From positions 1 to 41,358 of IMG/VR virus record IMGVR_UViG_3300030330_001508: a DNA stretch of 41,358 bases; one strand, written 5' to 3'. The notes below the pieces were generated by a model. That model saw only the letters and a list, made by a program, of their open reading frames with translations. It had not been told where the DNA came from and did no database searches. Source of the stretch: a virus. Taxonomy: Duplodnaviria > Caudoviricetes. Positions 37,228-41,358 of the stretch are shown one piece after another. Position numbers and translations under genes: made by a program. Position 1 is the first letter of the stretch; the number at the start of each line of letters is the position of its first letter.

Positions 37228-37461
37228 ATGAAAAAAAATTGTGTAAATTGTGGTGAATCAAATAAAGGTGGTTGGTTCTATTGTCGTAGTTGTGGAGAAA
37301 AAGCTTCAGAGCCTTTGTACTCTACGCAGTTTGTAATTAGAGAAGGTAATCCCTATGCTACTGCAATACGTAAAGACCAAATAGATTTTAGAACAGAGGA
37401 TATGGATACTTCTGTAAAAAGAATGCAAAAACAAAAATGGGGTATAAATTATGATGTATAA
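37228..37461 (+). CDS. Zinc-ribbon protein
   Basis: CVNCG...CRSCG; SD AAGGA. Confidence 0.7.
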   Translation: MKKNCVNCGESNKGGWFYCRSCGEKASEPLYSTQFVIREGNPYATAIRKDQIDFRTEDMDTSVKRMQKQKWGINYDV

Positions 37462-37540
37462 AAAAAAGAAAAAAATAAAACCAAGTAAAAGAAAAAAAGC
37501 AACTAAAAAGAAAATGTCTAAGAAAAAATACGGATATTAA
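37451..37540 (+). CDS. Tiny Lys-rich peptide (29 aa, MMYKKKKKIKPSKRKKATKKKMSKKKYGY)
   Basis: Read manually; TAATG-coupled to the next gene. Confidence 0.55.
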   Translation: MMYKKKKKIKPSKRKKATKKKMSKKKYGY

Positions 37541-38643
37541 TGGCAACATTTAAAGCACAAGTAGAAGGACTTACAGGTCTTTCAATAGATAGTAGTAGCG
37601 CACCTGACCAAACTGAATTAACACAGTTTTTAACTGATGGTGCTAAAGAAGTTTTAAATGCATTACCTAAAACTAGACAAAGACTATTTACTACGTCTAA
37701 TGCATTAAATGGTGGTAGTCCTACTTTAACTTTAGGAGGTTCTGAAGTATTTGGTGTCGTTAGAAATGATGATACTATTAATCAACCTTGCAGAGAAATA
37801 GCACCTCAATTAGAGGGTAGAGTTAGAGATTCATCTGATATGGCATTTGCAACAGCTACAGACCCTGTATTTTTTATAAGAGATAACGTATTAAATATTA
37901 TTCCTACACCTACAAATGCTCAAAGTGGAATTGTTCAAACATTAAATTATCCATTAGTAGCTTTTGGGGATTCTGCTATTACAAAATTTCCTGATGATGG
38001 AGAATATTTAGTACCTATTTATGCTTCAATAAAATCATTACAAAATGCATTGTCTGCTAAATCAGGTAATACAGATATAACTACAGCATTAACTGCTATT
38101 AATACAGAGCTAGATGAAACTCAAGATATTTGTGATTTAATTAATACACAAATAGATTCAGCAGTAACAGAATTAGGAGAAGCAGGTACTCAAATTGATG
38201 CAAGTGTTGATACTGCATTATCAGCAATAGCTACAGCCGCTGGTAGAATTAATACGGCAGTTGCTTTGGCAAATACTCAATTTGATAGCGCAGTAAGTTC
38301 TAATACATCTGAAGATGTAGAAATTGCATCTTCTCACGTAAATGCAGGTAATGGGTTTTTATCAGAAGCATCAGCATCTGCTAATGAAGCTCAAACGTAT
38401 GCAAATGAAGTAACTGCTAGATTATCTCAAGTAAGCGGATACAGTCAAGTTATTAGTGGTTACGTAAATGCAGCGCAAGGATATGCTACTGAATTACAAT
38501 CAAAACTAGGAATAGCTCAAGGATATGGTAATGAAGTTGCTAGTAGATTAAATGTTATTAGTACAGAATATTCTTGGATGGAAAAACAACAAGCAAAATT
38601 ACAAGCTGATTATGATAAAGGATTAGCTTATTTAGTAGGATAA
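37540..38643 (+). CDS. Virion structural protein (adaptor-like N-terminus plus long Ala-rich coiled coil)
   Basis: LTQFLTDGAKEVLN, TDPVFFIRDNVLNIIPTP, then heptad repeats. Confidence 0.65.
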   Translation: MATFKAQVEGLTGLSIDSSSAPDQTELTQFLTDGAKEVLNALPKTRQRLFTTSNALNGGSPTLTLGGSEVFGVVRNDDTINQPCREIAPQLEGRVRDSSDMAFATATDPVFFIRDNVLNIIPTPTNAQSGIVQTLNYPLVAFGDSAITKFPDDGEYLVPIYASIKSLQNALSAKSGNTDITTALTAINTELDETQDICDLINTQIDSAVTELGEAGTQIDASVDTALSAIATAAGRINTAVALANTQFDSAVSSNTSEDVEIASSHVNAGNGFLSEASASANEAQTYANEVTARLSQVSGYSQVISGYVNAAQGYATELQSKLGIAQGYGNEVASRLNVISTEYSWMEKQQAKLQADYDKGLAYLVG

Positions 38644-38645
38644 TT

Positions 38646-38996
38646 ATGGCAGTACATTCATTAACAGTAAAACAAATAATTAGTAGAGTGCGTCAGGTAT
38701 TTCCAGATGCACCAGAAGCATATATTATGTCATTAATAAATGATGCATTAGTTGAATGCGGTTTGTATTCAAATAAAAGTATGTCTGCTAAAATTAATAT
38801 AGTAGCAGGTCAAACATATTATGATTTATCAGATAGTGCAAATGATTCTAGTGGTAATGCACTTGAACTTAATAAGATTTATAGAGTAGATTTTATGGAT
38901 AGCAATGGTGATTATATAAAGATACCAAGACTATTAAATGGAGAAGTTTTAGTATCTGATATAGAATCAGAATCAGCAATAGAGCAACCAGATTAA
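38646..38996 (+). CDS. Head-tail adaptor-like protein (N-terminal half)
   Basis: LTVKQIISRVRQ...LINDAL...IVAGQTYYDL pattern. Confidence 0.6.
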   Translation: MAVHSLTVKQIISRVRQVFPDAPEAYIMSLINDALVECGLYSNKSMSAKINIVAGQTYYDLSDSANDSSGNALELNKIYRVDFMDSNGDYIKIPRLLNGEVLVSDIESESAIEQPD

Positions 38997-39421
38997 TGGC
39001 TAGTAATATAAATTTTCCAGAAGATAGAGTAGTATATTTTTTAAAAGGAGATGCAATAGGAGTTGTATCTTCTTTTTCTTCTACTGGAGAGTCACGTACA
39101 GATAGAAAAATGTGGCAACCTGTAGACCACGCAGTTGCTAATGGATTACTTCTTCATTATTGGGCAGAACCTAAAAAAGTAACAGCTATAACAGATACTC
39201 CAGACATAGATAATGCTTTTCATTTAGCAATAGTTGATTACGTAAAAATGTGTTTATATATGGACAGAACTGGTACACAGATGGGAGAAGGAGCTGGTGT
39301 ATCACTACAATTATCACAAATGCACAGAAGTAAATTTTTAGAGACTGTACGTAGATTTGGTGATAGAAGGCGTGAAAAAACTGGTGGCGTTCGTTCTATT
39401 TTACCTGCAAATTTTCAATAA
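38996..39421 (+). CDS. Head-tail adaptor-like protein (C-terminal half)
   Basis: DTPDIDNAFHLAIVDYV pattern; TAATG-coupled. Confidence 0.6.
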   Translation: MASNINFPEDRVVYFLKGDAIGVVSSFSSTGESRTDRKMWQPVDHAVANGLLLHYWAEPKKVTAITDTPDIDNAFHLAIVDYVKMCLYMDRTGTQMGEGAGVSLQLSQMHRSKFLETVRRFGDRRREKTGGVRSILPANFQ

Positions 39422-39429
39422 TAAGTATA

Positions 39430-39463
39430 TTGATATATAATTACGTATTAAGTATATTATATA
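39430..39463 (+). promoter_or_regulatory. Sigma70-like promoter TTGATA-17-TATATT overlapping an ACGT-cored inverted repeat
   Basis: Near-consensus hexamers; ATTACGTATTA (39440-50) / TAATACGTAAT (39486-96). Confidence 0.65.
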
Positions 39464-39560
39464 TATAATAATTAATATATATATATAATACGTAATATAT
39501 ATAACCAAGATACCTATGAGAAATGTCACGCTCGGTAAGGTATAAGATAGGAGAAACAAG

Positions 39561-39857
39561 ATGGCTAATATAAGAAAGTATACAGTAAACGAATCAAGTA
39601 ACGTAGCACTAGGTCAAACAGGTGCTAAATTTATTTCAGATACAGAAGTTCACTCAGGTACATTTGTTGCAATTACAATGTTAGAGGATACTGTATTTAA
39701 TGCACTAACACCTACAGATACTACCAATGGTTATGGTGTGGGTAGTTACAATGGTAATACAATGGCATCTGAAACAATACCACAAGGTGTTACTATCTAT
39801 GGTAGATGGAATACTATTGACCTTACATCTGGACTTGTAATAGCTTACACAGGCTAA
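39561..39857 (+). CDS. Small virion protein preceding the fibre
   Basis: SD AGGAG; TIPQGVTIYGRWNTIDLTSGLVIAY beta-rich C-terminus. Confidence 0.7.
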   Translation: MANIRKYTVNESSNVALGQTGAKFISDTEVHSGTFVAITMLEDTVFNALTPTDTTNGYGVGSYNGNTMASETIPQGVTIYGRWNTIDLTSGLVIAYTG

Positions 39858-39861
39858 GTCA

Positions 39862-41358
39862 ATGCTTGGCTTAGGCAACCTACTAACAAAGAGTGGGGTA
39901 ATAAAAAAGTTCCCCAACGACTTTTCTTTCAATTTCGATGGTTCTAATGATTTCTTAGAAATAAATGATAATGACGGATTAGATTTAACAAACTTCACAT
40001 TATCAGCTTGGATTAAATTAACTGATGTTTCTGATTATAGAGGCATTATAAGTAAACGCTCTTCAAATGATGTTAATTATTCTTTTTTTGTAACTACTAC
40101 AGGAGCTAATGATGGTAAACTTGGTTCTTATGATGGAAGTGCAGAAATAAATAGTAGTGCAACAGTTAATGATGGTAATTGGCATCACGTTGCTCAAGTA
40201 CATAATAGTGGTACAACAACTTTTTATATTGATGGTAGTGCTAGTGGTAGTGGTAGTCAAAGTTTTTCTACAAACGCACATCCTGTTTTAATAGGTGAGG
40301 CGGGTGTAAATCAAAATGATAAATTTTTAGGCAACATTGACGAAGTTGCTATTTGGGATACTGCTTTAAGTGCCGATGATATTGCAAAGATTGGCTCAAA
40401 GCCAGTTGATTTAACTAAAGCATCTAAGTATGCTACGGACAGAACAGGTAATTTAAAACTTTATTTACGTTGTGGAGACAAAGCAGAACCAGAATCAAAT
40501 ACTGCAATCGCAAGACAGGACTTCTATACAGAATTTGATGGAACGGATGACCATATAATAGGAAGTAGTATCGGGATTAGTGGTGATGCTACTTTTAGTA
40601 TATCTTTTTGGGCATATTGGAATGGTAGTTCTTGGTCAACAAGTTTTCCAAGTGTTGTAGGCAATAGTACATATAGCACAGGAGTAGGTCTTTCAACAAC
40701 ATTTAATAATGGTAAACCTGCACTTGATTTTTACAATGTAAGATTTATAGCAGATAGTGCTTTAGATGTACAAAGGTTGTATCATATTGCTTTTACTAAA
40801 ACATCTGGTAATATTTCATCTACATCTAAAATTTATGTTAATGGAGCAGAGGTTGCAGGTTCACTTGAGGGTTCAGACCAAACTCCAAATATTACTAATT
40901 CAAATATAAGAATAGGACATTTAGAAACTTCCTTTCATTATTGGAATGGTAAAATATATAATGTAGCACTTTATAAAACAGCACTCGATGCTCAAACCAT
41001 TTCACAGATGGCAAAGAGCAGATTTACACCAATGCGAGACAATCGCTTTTCTGTAGTGGATTTTGATGGTAGTAATGACCTAATAGATGCAGGAAATTTA
41101 TTTAGTGGAGGAGGTTCTACTGCAACTTTTTCTTTATGGGTATTAGCAGATGAAAGTGGTTCTGGAAGCCTGCGAATTGTAGGACAAACTAATTCGTCAT
41201 CAAATATGCCAGACCCTTTTGGTATTGATTGGAATAATACAAATAATACTATAAGAGCATTTTTTGGTGATGGTACTGCAAGTAATTTTAAATTTATAGA
41301 CTCAAACGCAACAACTGCTGATGTTTGGCATCATATAGTAGTTACTTATGATTTATCA
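39862..41358 (+). CDS. Multi-LamG receptor-binding protein, N-terminal part (3' truncated)
   Basis: MLGLGNLLT start; frame open to the window end (499 codons); three units beginning FDGSND/FDGTDD with SAWIK/SFWAY/SLWVL and WHH motifs. Confidence 0.85.
   Translation, partial: MLGLGNLLTKSGVIKKFPNDFSFNFDGSNDFLEINDNDGLDLTNFTLSAWIKLTDVSDYRGIISKRSSNDVNYSFFVTTTGANDGKLGSYDGSAEINSSATVNDGNWHHVAQVHNSGTTTFYIDGSASGSGSQSFSTNAHPVLIGEAGVNQNDKFLGNIDEVAIWDTALSADDIAKIGSKPVDLTKASKYATDRTGNLKLYLRCGDKAEPESNTAIARQDFYTEFDGTDDHIIGSSIGISGDATFSISFWAYWNGSSWSTSFPSVVGNSTYSTGVGLSTTFNNGKPALDFYNVRFIADSALDVQRLYHIAFTKTSGNISSTSKIYVNGAEVAGSLEGSDQTPNITNSNIRIGHLETSFHYWNGKIYNVALYKTALDAQTISQMAKSRFTPMRDNRFSVVDFDGSNDLIDAGNLFSGGGSTATFSLWVLADESGSGSLRIVGQTNSSSNMPDPFGIDWNNTNNTIRAFFGDGTASNFKFIDSNATTADVWHHIVVTYDLS

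Noticed and set aside
864-40281. Antisense and alternate-frame ORFs in the track (e.g. 864-1064, 1244-1456, 2525-2782, 4518-4916, 14367-14648, 25797-26096, 26820-27188, 27447-27776, 34847-35167, 39705-39998)
   Set aside because: Shadows of longer well-supported genes; no SD or recognisable motifs.
41352-41358. TTTATCA at the window end also occurs at positions 2-8, suggesting a circular overlap
   Set aside because: Only 7 nt, the preceding base differs, the join is out of frame, and the rest of the third LamG domain would be missing.
1-41358. tRNA genes, integrase/att site, diversity-generating retroelement, stop-codon reassignment
   Set aside because: No cloverleaf, recombinase or reverse transcriptase motifs seen; the standard code gives full-length genes at high density.

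Overview
Nearly complete genome of an AT-rich (about 30% GC by eye) tailed dsDNA phage with podovirus-like organisation, probably an uncultured aquatic phage. It is linearised inside a multi-LamG receptor-binding gene: 39862..end and 1..688 look like parts of one gene with a gap between them. The plus-strand late arm (29900 to end, then 1-15804) carries terS, terL, portal, scaffold, major capsid, decoration/adaptor genes, LamG fibre, a lysis region with an M15 endolysin and five consecutive tiny K/R-rich genes, a split tail nozzle and four ejection-type proteins. The minus-strand early arm (29247 to 15801) carries small unknowns, a pyrimidine-dimer-glycosylase-like gene, a MoxR AAA+/VWA pair, an RHH regulator, Cas4-like exonuclease, SSAP, SSBs, DnaB and several PD-(D/E)XK nucleases. 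No DNA polymerase, primase, integrase, methyltransferase, tRNA or CRISPR was seen. The strongest unexplained signals are: (1) an RNA-pairing network on the early transcript, in which two structured intergenic RNAs carry anti-Shine-Dalgarno segments complementary to the RBS of the first early gene, and the 5' leader pairs over 17 bp (with G-U wobbles) with the start of the second ORF; (2) strong enrichment of ACGT, with apparent avoidance of GATC and CCWGG, and the ACGT enrichment absent from the fibre module; (3) a cluster of protamine/disruptin-like basic peptides. Family assignments come from motif recognition only; no database search was run.
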